This document shows, in pieces, positions 16,066 to 24,338 of a stretch of DNA of 32,000 nucleotides (its first letter is position 1; every line of letters begins with the position of its first letter). The notes beneath the pieces are model-generated. The model was not told the DNA's origin, did not search any database, and saw nothing but the letters and a program-made list of their open reading frames with translations. The stretch comes from SAR324 cluster bacterium (GTDB lineage: Bacteria > SAR324 > NAC60-12). The position numbers and the translations under genes are program-made. The DNA lies in the NCBI GenBank assembly GCA_015232315.1, contig JADFZZ010000004.1:83414-115413 (forward strand), given 5' to 3'.

Positions 16066-16893
16066 ATGGCTCCGAGGTATCTGGTTCCAATAGATTTTTC
16101 ACCGGTATCTGTCGATGTTGTACGGTTTGCGGACCAATGGGCTGTTCAGACAAAGGCTGAAATTTGGATCCTGCATGTCAGTCAGGCAACTTATACGTAT
16201 TATCCTGACCGGAAACAAAATGGTGAACTCCTTCCACAATCTGTGGATGATTTGAAATTGAAGGACTGGGTCGCAGCCCTCGATCTCAAGTCTCCTGTGC
16301 AGTGTTTTCATAAAACGGGGCTACCCTATTATGAGATTCTTCAGGCCTCCAGGCAGAAAGATGTGGCCTCCATCATTATGGCTGCCCATTCTCATGCCAT
16401 GAGGGATCGTCTGTTTCTTGGAAGTAACACGGATCATGTTCTGCATCATGCAACCTGCCCGGTGTTTGTTTACAAGAAAAACGGGCAGGTGTTTTCCGAG
16501 AATATTATTGTGCCGGTGGATTATCATGAAATCAACGCGCAAGTGATTCATTTTGCGGATCAATGGTGCCAAATCAATGGTGGAACGCTTAATTTCATTC
16601 ATGTGATCCGGAATGGAGAAGGCAAGGAGGTCGCAGACATGAATTTCTTTGAGCAGAAGCTGTTTGGATTTCTTGATGGTTTCAAGATCCAGTCTTCCTA
16701 TGAAGCTGTCATTCGTGTAGGAAAACCCTATTTGGAAATTTTGGCACTTCAGGAACAGATAAATGCCTGCTGGATCATGTTGGCGGCTCATTCCCACACC
16801 CAATTAGACCGCCTGTTGATGGGAAGCACTACAGATTATCTGGCTCATAACGCAAAATGCCCCGTTTATATTTTTAAACAGTCAACCAGTTGA
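16066..16893 (+). CDS. Universal stress protein with two tandem UspA domains
   Basis: YLVPIDFSPVSVDVVRFADQWA...IIMAAHSH...LGSNTDHVLHHATCPVFVYK, then a second copy IIVPVDYHEINAQVIHFADQW...MLAAHSHTQLDRLLMGSTTDYLAHNAKCPVYIF. Confidence 0.93.
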   Translation: MAPRYLVPIDFSPVSVDVVRFADQWAVQTKAEIWILHVSQATYTYYPDRKQNGELLPQSVDDLKLKDWVAALDLKSPVQCFHKTGLPYYEILQASRQKDVASIIMAAHSHAMRDRLFLGSNTDHVLHHATCPVFVYKKNGQVFSENIIVPVDYHEINAQVIHFADQWCQINGGTLNFIHVIRNGEGKEVADMNFFEQKLFGFLDGFKIQSSYEAVIRVGKPYLEILALQEQINACWIMLAAHSHTQLDRLLMGSTTDYLAHNAKCPVYIFKQSTS

Positions 16894-16933
16894 GTTCGAG
16901 GTTGAAGTGATATGCAATTGAAAGGATCAGATT

Positions 16934-19027
16934 ATGGCTTTATTTACTAAAATCAGCCCCTTGGCTCATGCGCCGTCAGGCATGACGCATGAGGGGCGGC
17001 AACTGGTGTTCAGTCTCTATGTGAAAGATGCTGAAAAGATTGAGTATCTGTTTTATCCCAACCCCTATCAAATGAAAATGGGGCAGCAATACTCCCGTCT
17101 GGAATGTGTAGAGTTGAACCTGAAAACATTCAGCGTTGGCAATCTTTGGAATTGGAAAGGGGAGTTGACCGCTGACTTTGACGAAAATTATGTGTTTGGC
17201 GTTGTCATCCGTATTTGGAAAATCGATCCTCAAACCGGAAAAGCCATTCCACATCTGGTCATTGACCCCTATTCCAGAGAAACCTCGGGTGGAGAACAAT
17301 GGCGACAATCAGAAGGCTTTGAAATTGATGCTAAAACGCTGAAGATTAAAAGAATTCCAAGAACATCTGTTCACGACCCATATGTGATCAGACGTTTGCC
17401 TGTATTACGCTATTATCACTACAATGTGGATCGACCTGCTCACCCACGAATACCGTTATCAGAATCCATTATTTATGAATGCCATGTCAGAGGTTTTACA
17501 AACAGTCCAACTTCAAGGGTTTCTGATCCAAAATATCGTGGCACCTATAAAGGTTTGACCGAGTGTATTCCCTATTTTCTGGAATTGGGAGTTACAACCA
17601 TTGAACTTCTGCCGATCTATGATTTTGATGAAAATGAAAACGTCAATGTTTCGCCCTTCACACGAGAACCGTTGATCAATTATTGGGGCTATTCACCGTT
17701 ATTGTTTCTGGCGCCCAAACAAAGCTATGCCTATAACATGGAGGATCCCATCTCCGAATTCAAGGAAATGATTGACGCCTTTCATGAGGCTGGCCTGGAA
17801 GTGATTCTGGATGTGGTTTACAACCATACCGCAGAACAGGGATCCGATGGTCCTATCGATCATTTTCGCTGGCTGGATGAGGAAACCTACTACATTTATC
17901 ACAAAACAAATCTGGCTAATTATTCAGGTTGCGGAAATACCCTGAATTGTTCGCATCCTGTGGTGAAACGACTGATTTTGCAAAGCCTTCGTTATTGGGT
18001 GAATGAAATCGGGGTTGATGGTTTCAGGTTTGATCTGGCTTCTATCTTGGATAGAAATCATGAAGGTCAGATGAATGCGTTCCCGTATCTCCTGTGGGAA
18101 ATTAAAAATGACCCGGCACTGTCGGCAGGCATCAAGGTCATTGCCGAACCCTGGGATAGTGGCGGGGGCTATCAACTCGGGCACATTGCCTATCATGCCT
18201 GCTGGGCAGAATGGAATGATCGTTTTCGTAATACGGTTCGAAAAGCTGTAAAGGGTGAGGATGGTATGATCTGGGGCATCATGAACAGTCTTGCCGGAAG
18301 TCCTGATGTTTATCAGTCGATTCAGAACGGACGTGATTTCAGCATCAATTTTCTCACGGCGCATGATGGTATGACCATGTGGGATCTTGTGTCCTACAAC
18401 CACAAGCATAATGAGGAAAATGGAGAAGAAAACCGTGATGGTACCAATGATAACTTTTCCTACAATTGCGGAATAGAGGGTCCAACGAAAGATATGGCCA
18501 TCAATAACCTCCGTTGGAAAAAAATGCGGATGATGCATTTAATGCTACAAATTTCAAATGGAACTCCCATGTTGCTTGGAGGCGATGAACTGGCACGCAC
18601 GCAGTTGGGAAACAACAATCTCTATTGCATTGATTCCCCCTTGAATTGGGTAGATTGGCGATTGGTGCAGAAAAATGTCCATTTGTTGCGCTTTGTCAAG
18701 CAGGCCATTGCCATCAGAAAACAATATCGGGATTTATTGTTTTCCACTGAAAGTCATTATTCCTGGTTTAACTCCGAAGGTGGTGAAGCGGATTATAGTT
18801 CTTATATTCGCACACTGGTCTGGCATATTTCACATCCCAGTCATCCTAAAAAAGCCATGTGCGTTTTGCTTAATTTTTTTCATGGTGCCATTGATTTCAA
18901 ATTTCCGGAGAGTGGACAGTGGTTTTGTGTCATGGATACAAAACAGGATTCAAATGTCATGGGCCGGATTATGAATAATATTGTCAAGGTTGCCGGTTTT
19001 TCAATACAGATTTACCGGCGTGTATGA
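16934..19027 (+). CDS. glgX: Glycogen debranching enzyme / isoamylase (GH13)
   Basis: ESIIYECHVRGFT, VILDVVYNHTAEQG, VDGFRFDLASILDR (nucleophile), IAEPWD (acid/base), INFLTAHDGMTMWDLVSYNHKHN, GTPMLLGGDELARTQLGNNN. Confidence 0.93.
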   Translation: MALFTKISPLAHAPSGMTHEGRQLVFSLYVKDAEKIEYLFYPNPYQMKMGQQYSRLECVELNLKTFSVGNLWNWKGELTADFDENYVFGVVIRIWKIDPQTGKAIPHLVIDPYSRETSGGEQWRQSEGFEIDAKTLKIKRIPRTSVHDPYVIRRLPVLRYYHYNVDRPAHPRIPLSESIIYECHVRGFTNSPTSRVSDPKYRGTYKGLTECIPYFLELGVTTIELLPIYDFDENENVNVSPFTREPLINYWGYSPLLFLAPKQSYAYNMEDPISEFKEMIDAFHEAGLEVILDVVYNHTAEQGSDGPIDHFRWLDEETYYIYHKTNLANYSGCGNTLNCSHPVVKRLILQSLRYWVNEIGVDGFRFDLASILDRNHEGQMNAFPYLLWEIKNDPALSAGIKVIAEPWDSGGGYQLGHIAYHACWAEWNDRFRNTVRKAVKGEDGMIWGIMNSLAGSPDVYQSIQNGRDFSINFLTAHDGMTMWDLVSYNHKHNEENGEENRDGTNDNFSYNCGIEGPTKDMAINNLRWKKMRMMHLMLQISNGTPMLLGGDELARTQLGNNNLYCIDSPLNWVDWRLVQKNVHLLRFVKQAIAIRKQYRDLLFSTESHYSWFNSEGGEADYSSYIRTLVWHISHPSHPKKAMCVLLNFFHGAIDFKFPESGQWFCVMDTKQDSNVMGRIMNNIVKVAGFSIQIYRRV

Positions 19028-19086
19028 GTTATGAACGGACCTTTGTCCTAACAGGAGTCCATCCTATAACATGAAAGGAAACTGAG

Positions 19087-20310
19087 ATGAATGTACTGAG
19101 CATGATACTGGCGGGAGGAGAGGGAACCCGGTTGTATCCACTAACGATTGACAGAGCCAAACCGTCCGTCCCTATTGGCGGAAATTACCGGATTATTGAT
19201 TTTGTGTTGAATAATTTCATGAATTCCGGAGTTCTGAAAATGTATGTACTGACCCAGTTCAAATCGCACTCACTGATGCGCCATTTACGACTGGGATGGA
19301 GAATTTCCGGTTTGACCCGCACATTCATTGACCCCATTCCCGCCCAGATGCAGACCGGAAAGAAATGGTATGAGGGCACGGCAGACGCTATTTATCAGAA
19401 TATCAACCTGATCAAGGATGAAGACCCTGAACTGGTGTGTATCTTTGGCGGCGATCACATCTACAAGATGGATATACAGCAAATGATCAAATTCCATCAA
19501 AAGAAAAACGCTGTGATGACTGTTGCGGCGATCCCGGTGCCAATACGTGATGCCCATCATTTCGGCGTGATTGAGGTTGATGACGATTGGAAAATGATCG
19601 GCTTTCAGGAAAAACCCAAAGAAAATCCCAAAACCATTCCGGGTGACCCTGACCATGTGCTGGCTTCCATGGGAAATTATGTGTTCAATACCAAAGAGTT
19701 GGTGGAAGAATTGATGGAAGACGCACAAAATGTTGATTCTGACCATGATTTTGGTAAAAATATCATTCCGCACCTATATCCACAGGGCGGCGTTTATGTT
19801 TATAACTTTCTGGAAAATGATATTCCGGGCATCAGTGAAAAGGAAAGAGGGTATTGGCGTGATGTAGGAACCATTGATGCTTATTGGGAAGCCAACATGG
19901 ATTTTATTCAGGTTGACCCCGTTTTTAATCTGTATAATCATAAGTGGCCACTGAATACATACAACCCTCCTTATCCTCCAGCAAAATTTGTGCATTTCAG
20001 CGAGATACGAACAGGACATGCTATCAATTCCATGGTGGCAACTGGAACCATCATCAGCGGCGCGATGGTCGAACAGTGCGTCATCAGTTATAATGTCAGA
20101 ATTCATAGTTTCTGTCATGTCAGTCAGTCGGTGATCATGGATAATGTGCAGATCGGCAGAGGCGCTCAGATTCAACGAGCTATTATTGACAAAGATACAA
20201 TCATCGCACCTGGTACGAGAATCGGTTACGATCTTGAAGCTGACCGAAAGCGGTTTCATGTCTCGCCCAATGGCATTGTTGTTATTCCCAAAGGAGTTCG
20301 CGTTGAGTAA
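19087..20310 (+). CDS. glgC: Glucose-1-phosphate adenylyltransferase
   Basis: ILAGGEGTRLYPLTIDRAKPSVPIGGNYRIIDFVLNN, GTADAIYQN, FGGDHIYKMD, YWRDVGTIDAYWEANM. Confidence 0.97.
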   Translation: MNVLSMILAGGEGTRLYPLTIDRAKPSVPIGGNYRIIDFVLNNFMNSGVLKMYVLTQFKSHSLMRHLRLGWRISGLTRTFIDPIPAQMQTGKKWYEGTADAIYQNINLIKDEDPELVCIFGGDHIYKMDIQQMIKFHQKKNAVMTVAAIPVPIRDAHHFGVIEVDDDWKMIGFQEKPKENPKTIPGDPDHVLASMGNYVFNTKELVEELMEDAQNVDSDHDFGKNIIPHLYPQGGVYVYNFLENDIPGISEKERGYWRDVGTIDAYWEANMDFIQVDPVFNLYNHKWPLNTYNPPYPPAKFVHFSEIRTGHAINSMVATGTIISGAMVEQCVISYNVRIHSFCHVSQSVIMDNVQIGRGAQIQRAIIDKDTIIAPGTRIGYDLEADRKRFHVSPNGIVVIPKGVRVE

Positions 20311-21781
20311 AAAATATAAAATTATCTTCACTATCTCTGAATGTAATGGATTTGCCAAGACTGGAGGTCTTGCGGATGTCGGAATGTCACTGCCACTTGC
20401 TCTCAAGGAACACGGGCATGATGTCAGGATTGTTATTCCATTTTACCGTGGTGTCTCCAGAAACTATAACACGATGACTGCTGTTCATTCCCTCGGTGTT
20501 CCGATGGGGGACCATGAGGCATGGTGTTCCGTACGTTATCTGATCGAAGAAGGCGTTCCTGTTTATTTTATTGAGCATAATGGATTTTTCGATCGGGATC
20601 GTATCTACGATGATGGAAACTATGAATATGGTGATAACGCCCTGCGGTTTGGCTTTCTCTCCCGTGCGGTGTTGCAATTATGCAAAGTTCTCCATTTCAT
20701 GCCGGATATCATTCACTGCAATGACTGGCAGACAGCAATGACACCCTATTATCTCAAGGAATATGAGCGCGATAATTATTTTTTGAGCAAAACCGCATCG
20801 GTTCTGACCATCCACAATGCGGCATTCCAGGGCAAATTCTGGGGTGGCTTTGCAGGGCCACTGGCTATCGCCCACAAAGATATGGTGTCAGACTGCTTTG
20901 AAGATTTCGGCATGATTAATTTTCTGAAGGGCGGTATTGCCTATGCCGACAAGATCAACGCAGTGAGTCCAGGTTATGCTGAAGAATTGACGACCTATGT
21001 GGGAAGTCATGGATTGCATGACTCATTCATGAGACGGCAACAGGATTTCAGCGGAATCCTCAATGGTTGCGATTATCATATCTGGGATCCTGAAATTGAT
21101 CATCTGATTCCTGCTCAATTCAGTCTCGATGACTTGAGCGGCAAAAAACTCTGCAAAAAAATGCTTCAGAAAAGTTTTAATCTTCCTCAGCTTTCTCACA
21201 CACCCGTGATCGGAATTGTCAGCCGATTGACCCAGCAGAAAGGCTTTGATTATACCCTGTCTGCGATGAGGGATATTCTGATTAATAATGATGTTCAGGT
21301 AGTGATCCTGGGCGCAGGCGAATCCTGGATTCAGGATGCCCTGCATGGCCTGGCCTGGGAATTTCCTGAAAAGTGTGGCGTGACGATCCGCTACAGTGAG
21401 GAAGTGGCCCATTATATCGAAGCCGGCAGCGATATGTTTTTAATGCCTTCTTTATTTGAACCCTGTGGACTGAATCAGATGTACAGTTTGAAATATGGCA
21501 CCTTGCCCATTGTTCGGGCTGTCGGCGGATTAAAAAACACAGTGGAACATTATAACATCCTCGATGGCAGTGGAACAGGGTTTGTGTTCCAGTTGCCAAC
21601 GAGCGGCGATGTGGTTCAGTGTGTGAACTTTGCCCTGGAAACCTATCATAAGCGCCCCACTCATTTCCAGAAAATGATACATCAGGCCATGCAACAACAC
21701 TTTGATTGGCGCAGTTCAACCATTAAATATGAAGAACTCTATGAAAGTGCGATTAAAAAACGTCAATCAGGGTCCCGGTAA
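20303..21781 (+). CDS. glgA: Glycogen synthase (ADP-glucose)
   Basis: ISECNGFAKTGGLADVGMSLPLAL, ILNGCDYHIWDPEIDHLIP, GIVSRLTQQKGFD, FLMPSLFEPCGLNQMYSLKYGTLPIVRAVGGLKNTV. Inferred TTG start at 20303 preceded by AAGGAG at 20291-20296. The longer ORF-track start at 20144 would run inside glgC. Confidence 0.94.
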   Translation: MSKKYKIIFTISECNGFAKTGGLADVGMSLPLALKEHGHDVRIVIPFYRGVSRNYNTMTAVHSLGVPMGDHEAWCSVRYLIEEGVPVYFIEHNGFFDRDRIYDDGNYEYGDNALRFGFLSRAVLQLCKVLHFMPDIIHCNDWQTAMTPYYLKEYERDNYFLSKTASVLTIHNAAFQGKFWGGFAGPLAIAHKDMVSDCFEDFGMINFLKGGIAYADKINAVSPGYAEELTTYVGSHGLHDSFMRRQQDFSGILNGCDYHIWDPEIDHLIPAQFSLDDLSGKKLCKKMLQKSFNLPQLSHTPVIGIVSRLTQQKGFDYTLSAMRDILINNDVQVVILGAGESWIQDALHGLAWEFPEKCGVTIRYSEEVAHYIEAGSDMFLMPSLFEPCGLNQMYSLKYGTLPIVRAVGGLKNTVEHYNILDGSGTGFVFQLPTSGDVVQCVNFALETYHKRPTHFQKMIHQAMQQHFDWRSSTIKYEELYESAIKKRQSGSR

Positions 21782-21853
21782 AACGGCTTCATTACCCCCT
21801 TGCCAGTTTTAACTTGTTATTTTGCTCTGCAAAGCCAATACAAAGCCATTCCT

Positions 21854-21877
21854 GAGCCTGTCTAGCAGAACAGGCTC
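21854..21877 (+). terminator. Intercistronic hairpin between glgA and glgB
   Basis: GAGCCTGT-CTAGCAGA-ACAGGCTC: perfect 8-bp stem, no strong U-tract. Confidence 0.35.
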
Positions 21878-21968
21878 TATCCAGCAACAGAATCAGTTCC
21901 TTCTTGATTAACGCATAGTTTCTCTTTCCATATTTCACATAAACTCATTTCCTTACAAGGTAGCGGTT

Positions 21969-24185
21969 ATGTCACGTATAAAATTATCGGACGCAGAAAA
22001 AGATGCTTTGGTTGCAGCTAATTTCCAAACACCACGATCAGTATTAGGTTTTCATGAAGTAAAAAGAACCACTCAACCACCGGTCTGGGTAATTCGGGTA
22101 CTGGAACATGACGCTGCTTCGATTCAAGTGTTGTGGGAGGAGCAGGAACCTCTGAGCATGGAAAAAATTCATGATGGGGGATTGTTCGAACTGGTCATGG
22201 CACCCCTGAAAGAACTGACCCCCTATAAATTAAAAATTACTTATGTCAATGGCGTTGAAGTGTTACGGAACGATCCCTATTATTTCACACCCCAGTTGAC
22301 AGAATATGACTGTTATCTGTTCAATCAGGGAAATCACCATCAGATCTACAGAAAACTGGGATCACACCCCACAAACATCGAAGGCGTGGACGGTGTATTA
22401 TTCGCGGTTTGGGCACCCAATGCCCAGCGGGTGAGTGTTGTGGGCGATTTTAATTTATGGGATGGCCGTAAAAATCCGATGCATCTGGTTGGACATTCAG
22501 GAATCTGGGAAGTATTCATCCCTCATGTGAAGCAAGGCGCTTTCTACAAATATGAGATCAAGGACAGACACGGAAGTATCCGTCTGAAAACAGACCCGTA
22601 TTGTGTGGCAATGGAGCAACGACCCTCCACGGCATCCATGGTCTATGATCTCGAGGGACATCAATGGAATGACCGTGGTTGGCTTGATCACAGAAAAAAC
22701 AGCAATATTTACAAGGAACCTGTCAGTATTTATGAAGTACATCTGGGTTCATGGAGAAGGGTACCCCATGAAGAAAACCGGTTTCTGACATATCGTGAAG
22801 CCGCTGATCAATTGATTCCGTATGTCAAGGATATGGGATACACCCACATTGAACTTCTGCCCGTTGCGGAACATCCGCTGGATGCCTCATGGGGCTATCA
22901 GGTTATCGGTTTTTTTGCCGTAACATCAAGGTTTGGAACACCTCATGATTTTATGTATTTCGTGGATCGGTGTCATCAGGAAGGTATCGGTGTGCTCGTT
23001 GATTGGGTTCCCGGACATTTCCCCAAGGATGAAACCGGTCTCGTCTATTTTGATGGAACGCATCTGTATGAACATGAGGATACCCGTAAAGGTGAACACC
23101 TGGAATGGGGAACTCTGGTTTTTAATTATGGCCGTCATGAAGTATCCAATTTTCTAATCTCAAATGCTTTGTTCTGGTTTGATGTTTACCATATTGATGG
23201 AATCCGGGTCGATGCCGTTGCCTCCATGCTTTATCTGGATTATGGCCGGAAAGAAGGGGAATGGCTTCCTAACAAATATGGTGGAAAAGAAAATGTGGAC
23301 GCGATTGATTTCATGCGGCGTCTGAATGAAGTGCTGTTCAGCTATCATCAGGGTATTTTGACTGTGGCTGAAGAATCAACCTCATGGACTGGAGTGACTC
23401 ATCCCACTTACACAGGAGGACTCGGGTTCAACTTCAAATGGAATATGGGGTGGATGAATGACACGTTGCGATATATGTCCAAAACCCCGGTCTACCGTAA
23501 ATATGATCATCATCTGATCACTTTTTCTCTCATGTATGCCTTCTCTGAAAACTTCATTCTGCCGATTTCGCATGATGAAGTGGTTCATGGAAAATCTTCG
23601 CTTCTCAGCAAAATGCCAGGTGATGCCTGGCAGCAAAGAGCCAATTTCCGGCTGTATCTGTTTTTCCAGATGGCACATCCCGGAAAACAGTTATTGTTCA
23701 TGGGGTCCGAGTTTGGTCAATGGCTCGAATGGAGCGAAGCACGAAGTCTTGACTGGCACTTGCTGGAATTCCACGAACATCGACAGTTGCAGGACTTTTG
23801 CCGCGAAAACAACTGGTTCTATCGCCGATATCCCACGCTGTACACCAATGATTTCAGTTGGAAAGGTTTTGAATGGATTGATCTGCATGATAATGACAAC
23901 AGCGTGCTTTCCTTTTTAAGACGAGGCGACGAAAACACTCAGGACCCACCCATCATTTTTGTGATAAACGCAACACCCGTTCCCAGAAACCAGTACATGA
24001 TCGGTGTCCCTGACAGTGGACTCTACCATAAAATTTTTGACACGGATTCTCCCCGTTTTGGTGGAAGTGGTTACAACAGGCAGGATACCATTCATAGCGG
24101 TTCACTGGAGTGGCAGGGTCGCCCATACTCACTTTGTCTCGATCTTCCCCCTCTGGCTGGAGTCGCCTTTAGTTTGAAACAATAA
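21969..24185 (+). CDS. glgB: 1,4-alpha-glucan branching enzyme
   Basis: VWAPNAQRVSVVGDFNLWDGRKNPM, YTHIELLPVAEHPLDASWGYQVIGFFAVTSRFGTP, GIRVDAVASMLYLDY, LTVAEESTSWTGVTHP, LPISHDEVVHGKSSL. Confidence 0.97.
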   Translation: MSRIKLSDAEKDALVAANFQTPRSVLGFHEVKRTTQPPVWVIRVLEHDAASIQVLWEEQEPLSMEKIHDGGLFELVMAPLKELTPYKLKITYVNGVEVLRNDPYYFTPQLTEYDCYLFNQGNHHQIYRKLGSHPTNIEGVDGVLFAVWAPNAQRVSVVGDFNLWDGRKNPMHLVGHSGIWEVFIPHVKQGAFYKYEIKDRHGSIRLKTDPYCVAMEQRPSTASMVYDLEGHQWNDRGWLDHRKNSNIYKEPVSIYEVHLGSWRRVPHEENRFLTYREAADQLIPYVKDMGYTHIELLPVAEHPLDASWGYQVIGFFAVTSRFGTPHDFMYFVDRCHQEGIGVLVDWVPGHFPKDETGLVYFDGTHLYEHEDTRKGEHLEWGTLVFNYGRHEVSNFLISNALFWFDVYHIDGIRVDAVASMLYLDYGRKEGEWLPNKYGGKENVDAIDFMRRLNEVLFSYHQGILTVAEESTSWTGVTHPTYTGGLGFNFKWNMGWMNDTLRYMSKTPVYRKYDHHLITFSLMYAFSENFILPISHDEVVHGKSSLLSKMPGDAWQQRANFRLYLFFQMAHPGKQLLFMGSEFGQWLEWSEARSLDWHLLEFHEHRQLQDFCRENNWFYRRYPTLYTNDFSWKGFEWIDLHDNDNSVLSFLRRGDENTQDPPIIFVINATPVPRNQYMIGVPDSGLYHKIFDTDSPRFGGSGYNRQDTIHSGSLEWQGRPYSLCLDLPPLAGVAFSLKQ

Positions 24186-24196
24186 GTGATTGAAGT

Positions 24197-24225
24197 GAAA
24201 TAATTGATAATTTGAAAATTATTTC
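24197..24225 (+). other. AT-rich intercistronic inverted repeat between glgB and glgP
   Basis: GAAATAATT...AATTATTTC: perfect 9-bp arms with an 11-nt loop. Confidence 0.3.
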
Positions 24226-24338
24226 TTTGCTTCCCGAATTTATTTTGCTAAGGGAAATTCAGGACAACTAACACAGATGGATCCATGTGAGGTCCATTGA
24301 CCTTATTCCCAAGTGTATAAAACAGTTTGAGGAGGACA

